Numbered from the whole stretch's first letter, positions 34,578 through 48,388 are shown. The stretch: DNA of 63,559 bases, filler included, from Reticulomyxa filosa (GCA_000512085.1; 24 parts of 24 records of this genome joined end to end with filler, not necessarily neighbours in it), one strand, 5' to 3'. Program-made: numbers and translations. Notes: generated from the letters alone by a model not told the origin.

Positions 34578-37469
34578 ATGTCGGATATGTGTCCAGCAGT
34601 AATTCCGTTGTATGTTCGGGATTATGGAGGAAAATCTTTTTGCATTGTTAGTACGTTTTTTTGTGAAAAGGCTTTGAAAAGCTCGGGAGTTGTGTATGTA
34701 TGGTTGGGAAGATAGAATATCAGTCCTGACGCATTAGTGAGTGATCTAAAGAGTCGAATATGTGACAGACTCGGATATCCTCCACACTTGCAAAAGTTAG
34801 GACACCAAAAAAAAAAAAAAAAAGATAGCAATAATCAATCTTTCATTTTGTAGGGCTTGAAGAAACAAACAAAAGAAATGAAAAAAAAAACAAAAATTTG
34901 GAAAGGCTTTCTTGCAATGGAAAGGCCTTACTTCAAATGGACGAAAAGCTTTGTTCATACAATGTCACGCCACATTGCTGCGTCGATCTAAGCCTACCTT
35001 TGGCAAAGCAGCTCAATGACCCTATTGTTATCCGCGTATCAGTTGCGTTTTTTTTTTTTTTTAATGCAATAAGAAAGGAGAGATACATCTTATCATTAAA
35101 AAAAAGGTAATGGAAAAGCGTGAAAGAAATAAAGAGTCAGTTCGAGTCATTTACGAAGTACCATGTGGTATTTGCAGCACTGTTAAACATGTCTTAGAGT
35201 ATTTGAAGTTGAAAATGAAAGACCCGATCAAAACCTCCTTACGAATGAAGTTCGTCATTATCTCACCTCTTTTCTTTTTTTTTTTTTTTTTTTCCATATT
35301 TCCATTTCACGTACTTTGTGAACAAGCAAATAAATGCATATATTGTATAATCAATGTGTGCAATTTCAAAACAAAACAAAAAATTGCAATGCAAGCTATA
35401 CAAACAAATCCCATTCTCTGACCATTTTCCAATCTTTGGATAATTTTTTTTTTTTTTTTCTTTAAAACAAACAAGATTATCCGTTGAGAAAGAATGTGAC
35501 ATTGCATTGCCGGAAGACAAAAGTGTTTGTAACTTTACGGCTAAGAAATTGTATTTGTTCTTTGAAGATGACACCAACTACTCGTCTATACACACTTTGA
35601 GAGTTTTGCTTTTATATAGAAATATGCATATACATATATACATATACATATATATATATATATGTATATGTGAGACTGCTCAAGACTATTCACACACACA
35701 CACACACTGCCATTGCACAATAAAACTTTAGGTAAAAAAAAAATCTGTGAGAATAATCACACACACACACACACATAACAAAAAAAAACATCACCAGATC
35801 AAGTATAAGATAGCCGACAGCAATGTCCTTTTGTACGAAACTGAAAAGTCATTGAAAGAATACAAACTAAAAAATGTACATTTGGAAGAACTGATGCGAG
35901 AATGCACTCCTTACAAATTGTATGAATCGATGATGGAGACACAACACCATTCAAATGCAACAAATGATGATAACAACGACAACAATAATAACACTAATAA
36001 TAATAATAATAATAATAATAATGATAATAATAACAAACGTTCGGATTTAAATCGACTTTTGGATCAAATCCCCTATTGCTATTTGACTCCCGTCTGTCCA
36101 ATGGTAATGGTCTTGAAACATGTGAACGCAGATGCTCTGTACAAGCATGTGTGCACTGGCCACGATCACCGACGACAAGTCGAAACACAAAGGAAACTCA
36201 CCTATCACGGCGATCGTCTGTTGAGCCTCGTTCAGTCTGGTCTCAATACTTTTCGAACTTTGGATTTGAATGCAGCCAAGGCGTGGCGCCCTTCTCTTCA
36301 TTTGACTTTGTTCGTCGAATTGCCAAAGGTCGCTTTTGGCATTCACATTGACAGATGGCATATCTATTATTTCTACAATACGGTTCGTCTCTTTCACCAT
36401 CATAAAAATCCTGTTCTTATACGTAATGTGCATGTGTGCATGTGTGCATGTACGAGGGAATAGGAGGCACGCACAAGACTGTATCGATCCCAACTTCGAG
36501 AGACAATTGAAGATAAACGCGATCGAGACGAAAAGACGGAAGAGACAAAGAGTGAGAAAGACAGAGAGGAAAAAACCAATGAACACGAGCAAATTCGCAA
36601 ACACATGGCGGAGAGCTTGGCATTTGACCTGAGCGAGATTGAACATCTCATTTCGAGTATTGATAGTAGTCCATCCAATGATATCACTTTTTTTGACATA
36701 TTCAATTGTATCATGAAAGACGCTTCTCTTCATATCGATTTGGCACAGTACCTTGTTACGCATTTGTTTCATCCTTTCTTGGAAATCGCTTTATCTTCCA
36801 CACCTGCAAATAATAAGATGAATGGTAACTATATCAAACAAAATGTTTTGTTTTGTTTTTTTTTTTTTTTTTTATGTACACTTGGTGCACATATTGATAC
36901 TCAAAGGTACTACTTTGGTGTTGAAACGCCTGAAAGAAGAAATAAACAATTTGAACAGCTGTGCCATATGTTTGGAAGAAATGGACTACAAAAACTATTG
37001 CAGATTATCTCGCTGTCGGCACTTGTATCACTTTTCATGCATACGTGAGCATCTCAAGTTTTCTGGAGACAATCGCTGTCCTTTGTGTCGCTCGCGGTTT
37101 GAAATGATCCAAGCTCGCAAAATTGAAGACAAAACCCAAAAAACCGTCTTGGAGTTGTTTCAAACCAATCAACTCACTGAAAATGACGAAGATGATGCCA
37201 GTGACAGCAATATGAGTGATATTCTCTCTAGAGTGGAGCGAACGAATAGCTTGTTTTCAGCTATTAATGCACTCCAACAACGAAACATTTTATGTCAGCA
37301 ATGTCAGCACAGAATTCATATTTCATATGCCAACAATCGGGGTGAAAGGCATGGATTTATTAACTGTGCTCTATGTGATCATTTCTTCCATGTCAGATGT
37401 GTAAACCCAGATCTCTTTATTCAATGTCAAGAATGTCTAATGTTAAGTAGTCGCAAGTTCTTATTTTAG
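34578..37469 (+). CDS. Multi-exon locus: N-terminal ubiquitin-like domain, then RING-H2 and PHD-like finger (possibly one gene)
   Basis: Spliced IPLYVRDYGGKSFCI/NISPDALVSDLKSRICDRLGYPPHLQ/RLSCNGKALLQMDEKLCSYNV aligns to ubiquitin; RING CAIC..CRHLYHFSC..CPLCR; finger CQQC..CALCDHFFHVRC..CQEC. Confidence 0.65.
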
Positions 37470-38034
37470 TCTAATGCTATGTGTGTATAATCTGCATGTT
37501 TTGCATTTATTTACTAATTCTCGATTGATTTGTGTACAGAACTGTGCACAGATCGTGCGTACACCGTGATCAAAGGTGGTCGAACGTGAATAATGTTTGG
37601 ACTCATACACATGATGAGGAATAACAAAAACACGCTTTTACAAATCTTTCATTTTTTTAACAGTAATGCTGGTGTTATTTTGTGTTCAATTGGTTGATTT
37701 TTTCTATTTTGTTGGAAATTGTTCCATTTACGTTTCGTGTTGTTTCACAACTTAATGTTCCGAGTACTTACACTGCGACATTGGTTTTAACATAGATCAG
37801 TGTTAGCCATTGTTCGATATGATTTTGTAGTTTGTTCTTTTTGTCTCTTTTTGATTTGACAAAAAACTTGCAAATTTTAACAAGCTTCAACAATGTTAAA
37901 CATTGACTTTCGATACGATGTTCGCTTTTTTTTTNNNNNNNNNNNNNNNNNNNNNNNNNNNNNNNNNNNNNNNNNNNNTTAATTAATTAANNNNNNNNNN
38001 NNNNNNNNNNNNNNNNNNNNNNNNNNNNNNNNNN

Positions 38035-38833
38035 TATTATCAATTATGTTAAGTCTTTGTTTTTTATTTGATAATAACCACTTATTTGATGTTATTATTC
38101 ACATTGTATTCTCAACATTTAGTGGTGGTCGATATTTGTGTTCTGGTTCATATGATAAAACTATTCGTTTATGAGATGTTGATAAATCTAATTCATTACG
38201 TATTTTCAATGAACATAAAGGATGTATTCGTTGTGTTGCTATTTCACCGTTACAAAGCGCTAAACATAATAAAAATGATAATGAAAGTAATAGTATTGGT
38301 GTGATCGGCGGTAATGGATATACTATTTGCTCTGGATCAGATGATAAAACAATTCGTATATGGGATATCGAGAAAACTAAACAATTAATTGAATTTAAAG
38401 GACATGAAAATACAATAATCAGTGTAAAATATGGACCAAATAAATCAGGGAATAGTGGTACTTCAAATACGATATTATCTGGATCATGGGACAAAAGTAT
38501 TTGTTTGTGGGATATTCGATCTAGCCGACAAATTCAAGTGTTTAATGGACATAACACTCATTTAAATGTTTTGTATTAGATAATATGGAAGCTCATGAAA
38601 TTTCAAATGTCATATGTTCTGGATCATGGGATAATACACTCCGTTTTTGGGATATTCGATCAAGTAAGAAAGAATTGCACGTAATGAAAGAAAATAATAA
38701 TCAAAATAATGGAATACAATGGGTTAAATTTATAAAATTTAAAAATAAAAGTAATAATTTTGGTGTTTATTTATATTATGGTACTTGCGAAGGTATCATT
38801 CGTATTTGGGGATTAATATTTTTTTGGATTTAA
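38035..38833 (+). pseudogene. WD40 pseudogene (GGNGYTICSGS family)
   Basis: In-frame TGA at 38172-38174 replaces the W of IRLWD; a further break at ~38575 removes the VEYSP segment. Confidence 0.8.
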
Positions 38834-39594
38834 ACAACAGAAAATATGCTCAAAAAAGGTGGTGATTATATTTTCTAAATTTATTTTATCTATAATCTTT
38901 TGCCGTCTTCTCTAGGTTTGAACAACAAATAGCAAACCAACTTCTCACACTCTTTCCTCTTTCATCATTTAAATCAAACCTGATATCCGTTGTAGTCCTT
39001 GTTTTGCTCGGCCATTTGTTTGTTTGCTACGTTGATTGCGTTTTTGTGAAAATTGAATTGAAACAATAAGGTGACCTTTGTTTGATTTGATTATCAGAAC
39101 AACTCTGCAAAATATATTGAACTTCTGTTGGCTCAATGCACAAAAATAAAAACAAAAAAAATGATAAAAATAAAGAATTTTAATTGAAAATTTTTTTATT
39201 GTTTAAGGATGAAAATGGCAGTGTTCCAAAATAACAAGACTCAGTTGATTCATTCCACTCCGTAAAAAAAACAACTTTGGCATCAAATGTTTTACCATCC
39301 GCTCAATGGCCAATAGTTAGTATTTGAACACTTTTCAACATTTTATGAATAATTTTGTTGCTCCATTTCATTTCAAATACATATATAAAATTGGTCAAAC
39401 ACTGAGGAGAATTCTACAAGCAAACTTTTTTAAAGAAAGAGTTGATGTTTAANNNNNNNNNNNNNNNNNNNNNNNNNNNNNNNNNNNNNNNNNNNNTTAA
39501 TTAATTAANNNNNNNNNNNNNNNNNNNNNNNNNNNNNNNNNNNNNNNNNNNNCACCGCCAGCGCCGGCCCAGACCGACTGAGTGCGCAAACCTT

Positions 39595-39879
39595 TTACGT
39601 TTTTTTGGTCAGCCGCGCCAACAAGGTGTCGGCATCCGGCCCCTCCCCCAATGCCAGGCGAACGCGATTAAAAGCCTCTGCTGCCTGATCCGGGTATTTG
39701 GCAAACGGCACCAGCCCGTCATGCGGCCACCCTGCCGCTGCCAGCACCTTCTTGCGGAACGCCATGCCTTCCGGCCCGCCGCCCCCCATCTCCAGCAAGG
39801 TCTGCTCGATCAGCACGTGCGGAAACGGCGTACGGCGCAGGGTGATGAAGTGTGTTGCTTCCACGATCTCGTACAACAT
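39595..39879 (-). CDS. Bacterial hypothetical protein (94 aa)
   Basis: MLYEIVEATHFITLRRTPFPH..; Shine-Dalgarno-like AGGGAG upstream of ATG 39879; GC-rich bacterial codon usage. Confidence 0.75.
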   Translation of the reverse strand: MLYEIVEATHFITLRRTPFPHVLIEQTLLEMGGGGPEGMAFRKKVLAAAGWPHDGLVPFAKYPDQAAEAFNRVRLALGEGPDADTLLARLTKKT

Positions 39880-40099
39880 GGGCGTCTCCCTTATCGTCAG
39901 GTGTTCTTTATCTAAGCTCATTGCCAGCACTTTTGCTACTTTCAAGCAAAGCCTTATATATAGATACCCTAGTTGCAATACACAGTGCACTATATTAAAA
40001 AATACCTCGCACCACAGTAGCATCACGGCATATGTCCCCTGTGGCAACATGGGCATTGACGGCATCCTGACCGGATAACAACGATACGAGACGACCGGC

Positions 40100-40764
40100 G
40101 TGAACGTTTTCAGCGACACCACTACCGTACTGATCATCGATGACTCACTGACCGTGCGCCAGTCACTGCGCGCCATGCTCAGCAATGTCGGCGTTACCCG
40201 CTCCGAAACCGCTGCCAACGCGGCTGATGGCCTGATGCGCCTGCAAAAGCGCAGCTTTGACGTGGTGCTGTGTGATTACAACCTTGGCGAAAGCATGAAC
40301 GGGCGGAAATGCTGGAGCAGCTGCGCACCACCGGCAGCTATCCGCTGACCTCGGTGTGGATCATGATCACTGGCGAGCGTAGCTACGAACGCGTGGTGGC
40401 TGCCGCCGAAGTCGCCCCGGACGATTACATCCTCAAGCCGTTTTCCAGCCAGGCCCTGTTCGACCGCATGCAATGGGCCTTTGCGCGCAAGCGTTTCCTG
40501 AAACCCGCCCACCAGCACCTGATGAATGGCCGTGAAGACCTGGCCATCAGCGTGATGGAAGAACTGGTCAGCCAGGCTGCCACCCCGGTACAAAAGCTGG
40601 ACGTGCTGCGCCTGCTGGCGGAAACCCATCTGGCGATGGAAAACTACAGCGAAGCTGGCCGCTGTTATAGCGACATCCTGGAGATGCGGGTGATTCCATG
40701 GGCCAAGATGGGCCTGGCACGCATCTTCAAGGCACAAGACAAAGTGGCGGAAAGCAGCGAGTTG
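40100..40764 (+). CDS. Bacterial response regulator receiver plus TPR protein (1-nt frameshift at ~40305; 3'-truncated)
   Basis: VLIIDDS..FDVVLCDYNLG..NG[Q]EMLEQLR..WIMITGE..PDDYILKPF followed by TPR-like helices; restoring one A (aacgggc[a]ggaaatg) fuses the two ORFs. Confidence 0.88.
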
Positions 40765-40864
40765 NNNNNNNNNNNNNNNNNNNNNNNNNNNNNNNNNNNN
40801 NNNNNNNNTTAATTAATTAANNNNNNNNNNNNNNNNNNNNNNNNNNNNNNNNNNNNNNNNNNNN

Positions 40865-40901
<37 letters not shown>

Positions 40902-40979
40902 ACAAGTAATTATTTCTTTTTTAAAAAAATTTTTTGGTTTTGTATACGTATTTTTATTATGATTATTGTTATTGAGAAA

Positions 40980-42032
40980 AACACCTGCTTTTTAAGTTGA
41001 GCTATTTCTTTCGTTTTGAGTTGCATTTGATTTTTATGCTGCGTTTCTAGGTTTCGAAGGGCGGATGAGTTGACGAGAAAAGGGTAGCCGTTCCCGGCGG
41101 TATATGCTGTGGGGTTGTTCTTGTTAGTGTTGCCCGCCTTGTTTCTAAGCAGCGCTTGCAATTTCTTATTTTCCAATTCCAATTGTTTTATTTGCTTCTG
41201 ACGCATTACTATTGCCTTATCCGATTGCATTTGCTGTTGTTGTGGTGGCCGCTGTGAGCGCGATTGTATTTGCGCTTGTGTCTTTGTCCGCGTTTGTATA
41301 TTTGCTTCTGCTGCTGTTCCTCCCATTTCAGCCATCATATTTTCGGCTAATTCTTTTTCATTGTCATTGACCACCTCTTCTTCTTCTTGTTCTTCTTGTT
41401 CTTTTTCCATTTTTTCAATTTCAACTTGTTTCTTTTTTTTTTTTTTAAATTTATATTCATAAACATATATGTATACGTTGTTTTTTTTTTTTTTTTTTTG
41501 CATGTTTCAGTAATATACTTCTTGGTTGTTTTTTTTAAAAAAAAAAAAAAAGGGATTGAACTGCTAAAGACTCGAGTTGAGATAACCTTTGAACAATGTC
41601 CGAAATTTCTAAAATGGAGGTTATTTCTTTCTCGTCAATCGTTTCTTCACGATCGTTTGCCATCAATTGAATGCAGTATCTCCTTTGTGACGACTCTTTT
41701 CTTACTTCAGTCTTGTTTTCACTTTCATTTTCAGCCGGGTAGCCGCTCCCGTTTTCATCTTTACTCATGTCACTTTTTATTCTTGTTATGAGTGCCAATC
41801 CATATCTTGTTGTGCTTACGATGTCATTCACTTTGTACTTTGCACTTAGTTTTGTCACAGAACTATTCCCGGCACGCACACATCTCCGTCGTCTTGACCG
41901 ATTTAGGCCTGGATACGGCAGTGCTGAGATTATATCTAAAGAGGAAATCGTATTCATGCAGTTTAATACAGATCTCTTCTTTTCTCCCTCCACTTGTACC
42001 TCTCCAGCCTCCTCAAAAATTGAGAAGTTACT
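40980..42032 (-). CDS. Uncharacterised coiled-coil protein (internal exons)
   Basis: ORFs 41535-41993 and 40910-41503 separated by a poly-A/T intron; Q/E-rich heptads. Confidence 0.55.
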
Positions 42033-42358
42033 TACCTTTTTTTAAAACTTTAGAGCAGTTTAGTTCTTACCGCTGTTTGCAGATAATAGTTCGGTAACAA
42101 AGGTGCTTTTTATTCCAAAGAAAACAAACATTGTCATGCTATTTGAGCGACTTTATTATAATATGGGTTAAATAATTCAAATTGTTCCTGTTAAAAACAA
42201 GTACCATAATTTCATTTTTTTTTGAATAGACACTGCCAAACAAACGCTAACTATTGACCACAAATTTTCTTTTTCGATTGTTTTTATAATTGATTTTTGA
42301 AATATTTTGTCGAACTTGTGCAGAAAGGAAAGGGGAAAAACAAGAAAAAAAAAAAGGA

Positions 42359-43250
42359 ATGGGCAATACATCATCAGAACCTTTCAGTTCGAAACCAAAA
42401 TCAACAAAACGAGCCCGCACAATCTCCTTTTTTACAACTTCATCAAATCAGCATGCACATAATGATAAAGAAAGTTTGGACAAGCATTACCGAACGCTAA
42501 CAAACTACCAAAACTTCCAGTTTACGTCCAAGAACAGCACAAAAGAAAGTCAAAGAAAAAAGGCTAGCAATGGCCCCACACAGGCCAGCATCATGAGCGA
42601 AGTATTGGGAATGGAGACAAATCAGCAAAGGGAAGAGAAAAAGGAGAGTAATGATAAAAAAGGCAGATCAAATGCAAATGAGCACGATCACAAGTCACCC
42701 AAAGAGCAATCCAACCGAGTCAGCTCAGGTACATACTCAAATAAGAAAATAAGAAAAAAAAAGTGTGTCGAAAGTGCCACAAAAAATGCAACTGTATTTT
42801 TTTTTTTTTTTTTTGCAAAAAAGCAAAGCAAGCTCACCAACGCGGGTTGTCGACCCCATTTGCAACATTTGTTCGAAAACTGGCTCGAAGTTCGGACATC
42901 GATGATTACGTGATGGCAGAAGATAGAGAAATGAGTGGATCAATAATGAAAACGACGCCATTGGTTTCGAGCGGAGGTCGAAGCAGCATGAGCCATAGTG
43001 CCGCTGCCGCTGATGATGCCACGTCTTTTTTTGGAACAAAGTCTCAATCGCGGTTTAATGGGCTAGCACAACGGCAACAGCCGCATGGAGGACACAAATC
43101 CGTTGCCTCACAACACACAAACATTTTCCACGTGAACACTGATGCCAATGAACAAACCTTGCTCCGTCGCCACACTGTAGCCGTCTCGACTCCTATGAAA
43201 GACAAGAAACTTCTCAAACCTGTTTATAAAAAAATTTTGTTGTCAGGTGC
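42359..43250 (+). CDS. Uncharacterised Ser-rich protein with MGNTSS N-terminus (5' exons)
   Basis: ATG at 42359; GT donors at ~42728 and ~43247; myristoylation-type start. Confidence 0.55.
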
Positions 43251-43257
43251 CCCTTTT

Positions 43258-43294
<37 letters not shown>

Positions 43295-43496
43295 NNNNNN
43301 NNNNNNNNNNNNNNNNNNNNNNNNNNNNNNNNNNNNNNTTAATTAATTAANNNNNNNNNNNNNNNNNNNNNNNNNNNNNNNNNNNNNNNNNNNNAAAAAA
43401 AAAAAAAAAAAGGGGGGAGGGAATGAACAAGTTGTGTTTATTTGTTTTATTTATTTATTTATTTATAAATAAATAAATAAAACAAATAAACACAAC

Positions 43497-44195
43497 TTGT
43501 TCATCCGGGACATGATCGATTGGATATTTGGCCAAAAAATAAGCAGGTGATCTTAGAAAATCATTTGGTAAATTAATGGAGATTTGTTGTGGTCTTGATT
43601 GTTGTTGTTGTTGCATTTGTAATTGTTGCAATCGTTGTAGCTGTTGCAGTTGTTGTAATTGTTGCAGCTGTTGTGATTGTGATTGAAATTGAAACTGTGG
43701 CTGTGATTGCAGTTGCATTTGTAATTGTGGCTGCACATTGACAACCAATGGCTGTCCGACATTTTGCACTGGCACTTGTACAATATGCTGCTGTGCACTT
43801 GATGCGCTTTGATACTCTCTTGCTCCGACTACACTTCTATTCTGATTCGCTGTCGTTGATGATAACTCTTGAGCTGACATTGCCAATAACGCTTCCACAG
43901 CGCTTTCCATGTTCCCTCCACATCCTTCTAACAGTACTACCTTTTATGTGTTTTGTTTTGCTTTGTTATGTCTGTCTTTTCATTGCTTTTATACTTTTTT
44001 TTTTTTTTTTTTTGTGGTGATCGAATCCAACACCCCCCCCTCATAAATACTCTCAAACGCGCACAGATCACGTACTTTGACCACTTCCGGATCAATTTTT
44101 TCAAACATACTGCATAACGTCTCAATTGCAGGCTTGGGATCAACTCTCGCTCTTTGCTGATCTGAATGAGGGATATTCTGTAATGGCAGTGCCAT
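43497..44195 (-). CDS. CUE-domain (ubiquitin-binding) protein with Gln-rich region (partial)
   Basis: Spliced AIETLCSMFEKIDPEVVK/VVLLEDVGGNMESAVEALLAM matches the CUE consensus. Confidence 0.75.
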
Positions 44196-44558
44196 TGTAA
44201 ATGAATGCTTTGCAGGTAATTTTTCCAACTTTTTTCCCCCCCCCTTCCCTTACTCTCCTTTACACATCTAGTTCTGTTTCCTTTTACTGTCGTTTACTAA
44301 CAAAATCCTTTGCTTTACGATTGCATAATATTACATTTTTCTTTTTTCACATTTTGTATTCTCACAAGCTATTTATTTGTTCTTTTTGTTACACAGAATT
44401 TTGTCAACCACTATATTTTTTTTGTTTTAATACAGCTAAGAAGTTATATTAAAACAGCTACTTAAAAAAAAACGAAGAGTGAATTTTTCATTTTGTCCCC
44501 TTCTTCCGTCATCACCTGTTACATATAAAAAAATATTGAATTAAAGCAAAAAGAAAAG

Positions 44559-45330
44559 ATGACTGAAGATATGAAACCAGATGAAGAGAGAAGGAAAAAA
44601 TTGATCCCCGTGTTGGCACGCGTTTTGTCGGAGCTTTGCAAGAGAAATGATCCCATTCCAGTGGACGCATCTCATGTCACCAAATTTCATGCATTGAAGG
44701 CTCCTGCCATTACAATTGAAGATTACTTGCACCGGTAACTCGTTGCTCCTTTTTAAAAATTTTTCAATGTGTCTCAGTCCCAAAAAAAAAAAAAGAATAT
44801 TCCAACAAACAGGCAAATAAAAAATACTGACTGAACTGTGTCAAAAAAACTAGAATAAGCAAATACTCGGGATGTTCAGAAGAATGTTTTATTTTGAGTT
44901 TAATTTATGTTGATCGGTTGATCAACCAGAATCAGCATTTGATTGTCAATTCTTTTTGTGTGCATCGCCTTTTAATCACAAGGTAAGGAAAAAAAAAAAA
45001 AAGAAACGTATAAAATTAAACCAATATTTTATGTTTATGTGTGAGTTTTTTTTTTTTTTTATTCAAAAAATAAGAAATGCTTTTTGTTTTTGTTATTTCC
45101 ATTCTCATGTCGTGTTGTGTGTGTAGTATTATGTTGGCAGCGAAATTCTTCGATGATCAATACTTCAACAATGCGTATTATGGCAAAGTAGGTGGTGTCA
45201 ATAGCAAAGGTATGTTGCAATCGTATCTACATTTTTGACGCTTTCTTTTTTTTGCTTTTGCAAATCTCACACACACACACATAAAAATACATTATAGAAA
45301 TGAACTCTCTGGAAATCGAATTTTTATTCA
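44559..45330 (+). CDS. P/U-type (Pho80-like) cyclin, at least 4 exons, 3'-truncated; missed by the ORF track
   Basis: [82 protein letters not shown]; exons ~44559-44735, 44854-44982, 45127-45210, 45298-45330. Confidence 0.92.
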
Positions 45331-45430
45331 NNNNNNNNNNNNNNNNNNNNNNNNNNNNNNNNNNNNNNNNNNNNTTAATTAATTAANNNNNNNNNNNNNN
45401 NNNNNNNNNNNNNNNNNNNNNNNNNNNNNN

Positions 45431-47120
45431 TCTCTGTCTGTCTCATCAGTTCTCACGTCTCGCAAACTTCGTCGACGTGAAAAGTAGTGTCCCTGTTGAA
45501 CGTCACTGCTTCGTTTGCGAGCAACGTTTTTGTGATGGCTTTCTGTTTGCGAGAAACATAACGTGGTTCGATTGCTCGGACTTCGGCTGTTGCAATTGCT
45601 GTTGCAGTTGCTATTGCTATAGCTGCTGCTGGCCATGATCGGGTGATGCATCTCCAATTCGTGATTCTCCATGCTCGTCTTTGACAACGCTTGCATGGAA
45701 CTCACATCGTGATGCTTTGCTTTTTTGTGTTCGCTTTTTTTGTTATGTCCTTTCGACTTTTCTTTTTTGACAATTTTTTTATCCTTGTCTTTTTCTTTTT
45801 CTTTTCTTTTTCTCTGTCTTTGTCTTTGTCTTTGTCTTTGTCCTTGGGAGGGAAATACGAATACGAAAACGCATCGGACTTTATGTGCTCCAAAAAACTG
45901 GTTTTTTTATGTGGTCGATGCACGTGTGTGATCAGACTGTCATTGTCACTGCGCAACAAAAGCGATGATGAAAATCGATAATTTGTTGACTCATCATTTT
46001 CCGACTCGGATAGCGATTCCTCTTTCTCCCACGATATCTTTTGTTCCAGTTCCGAGTTCTTTTGCTCTTCGTCCAACACGATCACTTCTTCCTCCTCGTT
46101 ATTGTGATTGTGATTGTGATTATTGTTGTAATTGTTGTTGTAATTGTTGTTGTGATTGTTGTTGTGATTGTTATGATTGTTATGATTGTTGTTGTAATTG
46201 TTGTTGTGATTGTTATTGTTGTGATTGTTATTGTGGTTATACTCTTCCTCATTGTCCCGATCATGTTCCTCATGTTTCTTGCCAGGTTTCGTATCTTCAT
46301 CCGCCGACATTGTCTCTTCGTCATGATCATGATCATGGTCGTGGTCATCACCATCACTAATCACCCGTGCGTGGTCGTGTTCATGGTCGCGATCGTGATC
46401 ATGATCGTGATCTTGTCCACGCATGGCAGAGGATATGCTGTCATGATCCATAGACAACGGCATCGATGAGTGGTCATTCTGATAACGACGGCTCATTGTC
46501 GTCAGCGAAATGGACGCCGGATTGGCCTTTTCGTGGCTTTGCATCATCCTCTCCTCTGTCGCTTGTCGAGACAATAGCACTTTGGAAATACGCTGGTATA
46601 TATGTACATGTATACATATACATATACATATATGTGTATATATTTATATTGGGCGTTTATATAATTTTTTTATTTTTATTTTCATAAAAAAAAAATACAA
46701 TGGACAACTTCCAATATAATTCCAAACTCGTTTCAAAATGCCGGAAGAATGTTCTCGCAGTTGCATCATGGCATTGGCTGTGAATGGGGCATTGCTTTCG
46801 GACATCTTAGTTTAAGTTTATATCGAAACGTCTTTTTTTTTGAAACAATGTTGTAGATTATAATACACACACAAACACGCAAACGGAAAAATGAAGATTG
46901 ACATTGGCAGATGTGGTGTGCGTGGAATGACGAACGGACTGTGGCTTTCTTTTTTGCTCTTCGATCGGCTCCGGTGAAGATTGGGAACTGTCTCGCCCTT
47001 CGAATGCCTTCGCATTGGACAAATGCGAGTTGGATTCCTTTTCTAAGTGAATGGCCGGCATAGAGCGCCTCAGTTCGGATTTTGACGCCACGCTGTTGTG
47101 CGGAGGACGTATCGTGCGTC
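45431..47120 (-). CDS. Low-complexity His/Asn/Asp-rich protein (internal exons)
   Basis: ORFs 45702-46580, 45379-45705 and 46858-47091 with (AAC/AAT/CAC)n tracts. Confidence 0.55.
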
Positions 47121-47186
47121 TAGATCACTCCAAATTATTATTATTTTTTTTTTTTGGTGTTGCGCACGTGTATGTATGTGGTTGAA

Positions 47187-47218
<32 letters not shown>

Positions 47219-47363
47219 NNNNNNNNNNNNNNNNNNNNNNNNNNNNNNNNNNNNNNNNNNNNTTAATTAATTAANNNNNNNNNNNNNNNNNNNNNNNNNN
47301 NNNNNNNNNNNNNNNNNNTAATATATACACATTATTTTTTTTTTTTTTTTTTGTTGATTCTAA

Positions 47364-48106
47364 ACACGATAGTAAATGATTTGATTACATAGCATCATCG
47401 CGACTGATTCAGGTTTAAACATTTGGTTTTCGATTTTTGACTGATCCTCTGTCACTGTTTTGTTCGCATTGGCCTTACGTAGCTCTGTCGCTTTGTCATT
47501 TAGTCTGAGCTTCCATGCACTATACTTCTCCGCATCTTTGTCATGACCTCCCATCCCAACGATCGCATTTGAGTCTTCTGTCACTTCTTCGTCGTTCCAT
47601 GCATCCTCGTCCGCTTCATTCCAATCCGCATCTTCCCCGTCACTCACGTCCATCAGATCGTCCCCTCCACACACACTTTGATAATACAGTTTTGCACAAA
47701 ATTGTGCAAATGTTTCCACTGTCAATCCAACTTTTCCAGCTGCATAACCTTTACATAGTTTTTTTTTTTAAAAAAAAAAGGGGTACTAAATTTTTTTTAA
47801 AAAAAAACTCCTTCTTCCTCTTCCCCCCCCCTTCCACTCTGAGTTGTTTTGGATTTCCCAATTTGTAGCTTAGATCTCACCATTCACTTCGCTGTCAAAT
47901 GTCGGAAGGGATGATTCCACAAAAAAGGACCCCGTTTCTGGGGGGTTTGGCAGCGTCATCAAAATCAAATTCGACTTATCTTTGTCGATTAGTTTGAACA
48001 CCACTTTTGCCACCTCCTTTTTCTCTCCTTGATATCCCAAAAATTTAACTTCTACATGCTCGTGAGTGATGCTGAGATTTTTTAATTGATTTTCAAAGCT
48101 TGCCAT
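47364..48106 (-). CDS. Uncharacterised protein, 5' exons (RWD-like region and acidic linker, possibly UBE2Q-like)
   Basis: ATG 48106; exons 48106-~47880 and ~47750-47364; acidic DADWNEADEDAW linker. Family assignment is tentative. Confidence 0.45.
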
Positions 48107-48388
48107 CCCACTACTCTGTCTCCAAAACAGGAGAAACAAAAATTGGACCAAGTTTTTTTTTGTTCCAGAGCTTGTACACTGGAGTAATTGTGATAATGGC
48201 TTTTTTGCGACATGTCTGTGTTATATTAGCTGTTCAGCTGTTACAGATATCAAATAACTCTATTTAGAAAAAGTTCATAGCAACACTAGCTCTCTCTGCA
48301 GTGTTAAGAGTCCGTTGTTTGAAAGAACAAAAAAAAAGCCCTTGTCAGTAAATTCAGAAGAATAGCTACATACCATATCAAGAAAGCA

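Noticed and set aside
36190-36230. RNase III signature in RKLTYHGDRLL
   Set aside because: Lacks the catalytic Glu, and the apparent second motif (KFANTW) is in a non-coding frame.
38172-38174. TGA=Trp recoding
   Set aside because: The same gene has other lesions, other genes use TGG for Trp and TGA as stop; this is a pseudogene mutation.
39880-40218. N-terminal extension of ORF 39595-40218
   Set aside because: Overlaps the divergent regulator and promoter; the RBS supports ATG 39879.
39453-40864. Horizontal transfer of a bacterial regulator next to eukaryotic genes
   Set aside because: Adjacency is created by linkers; no junction sequence exists in the window.
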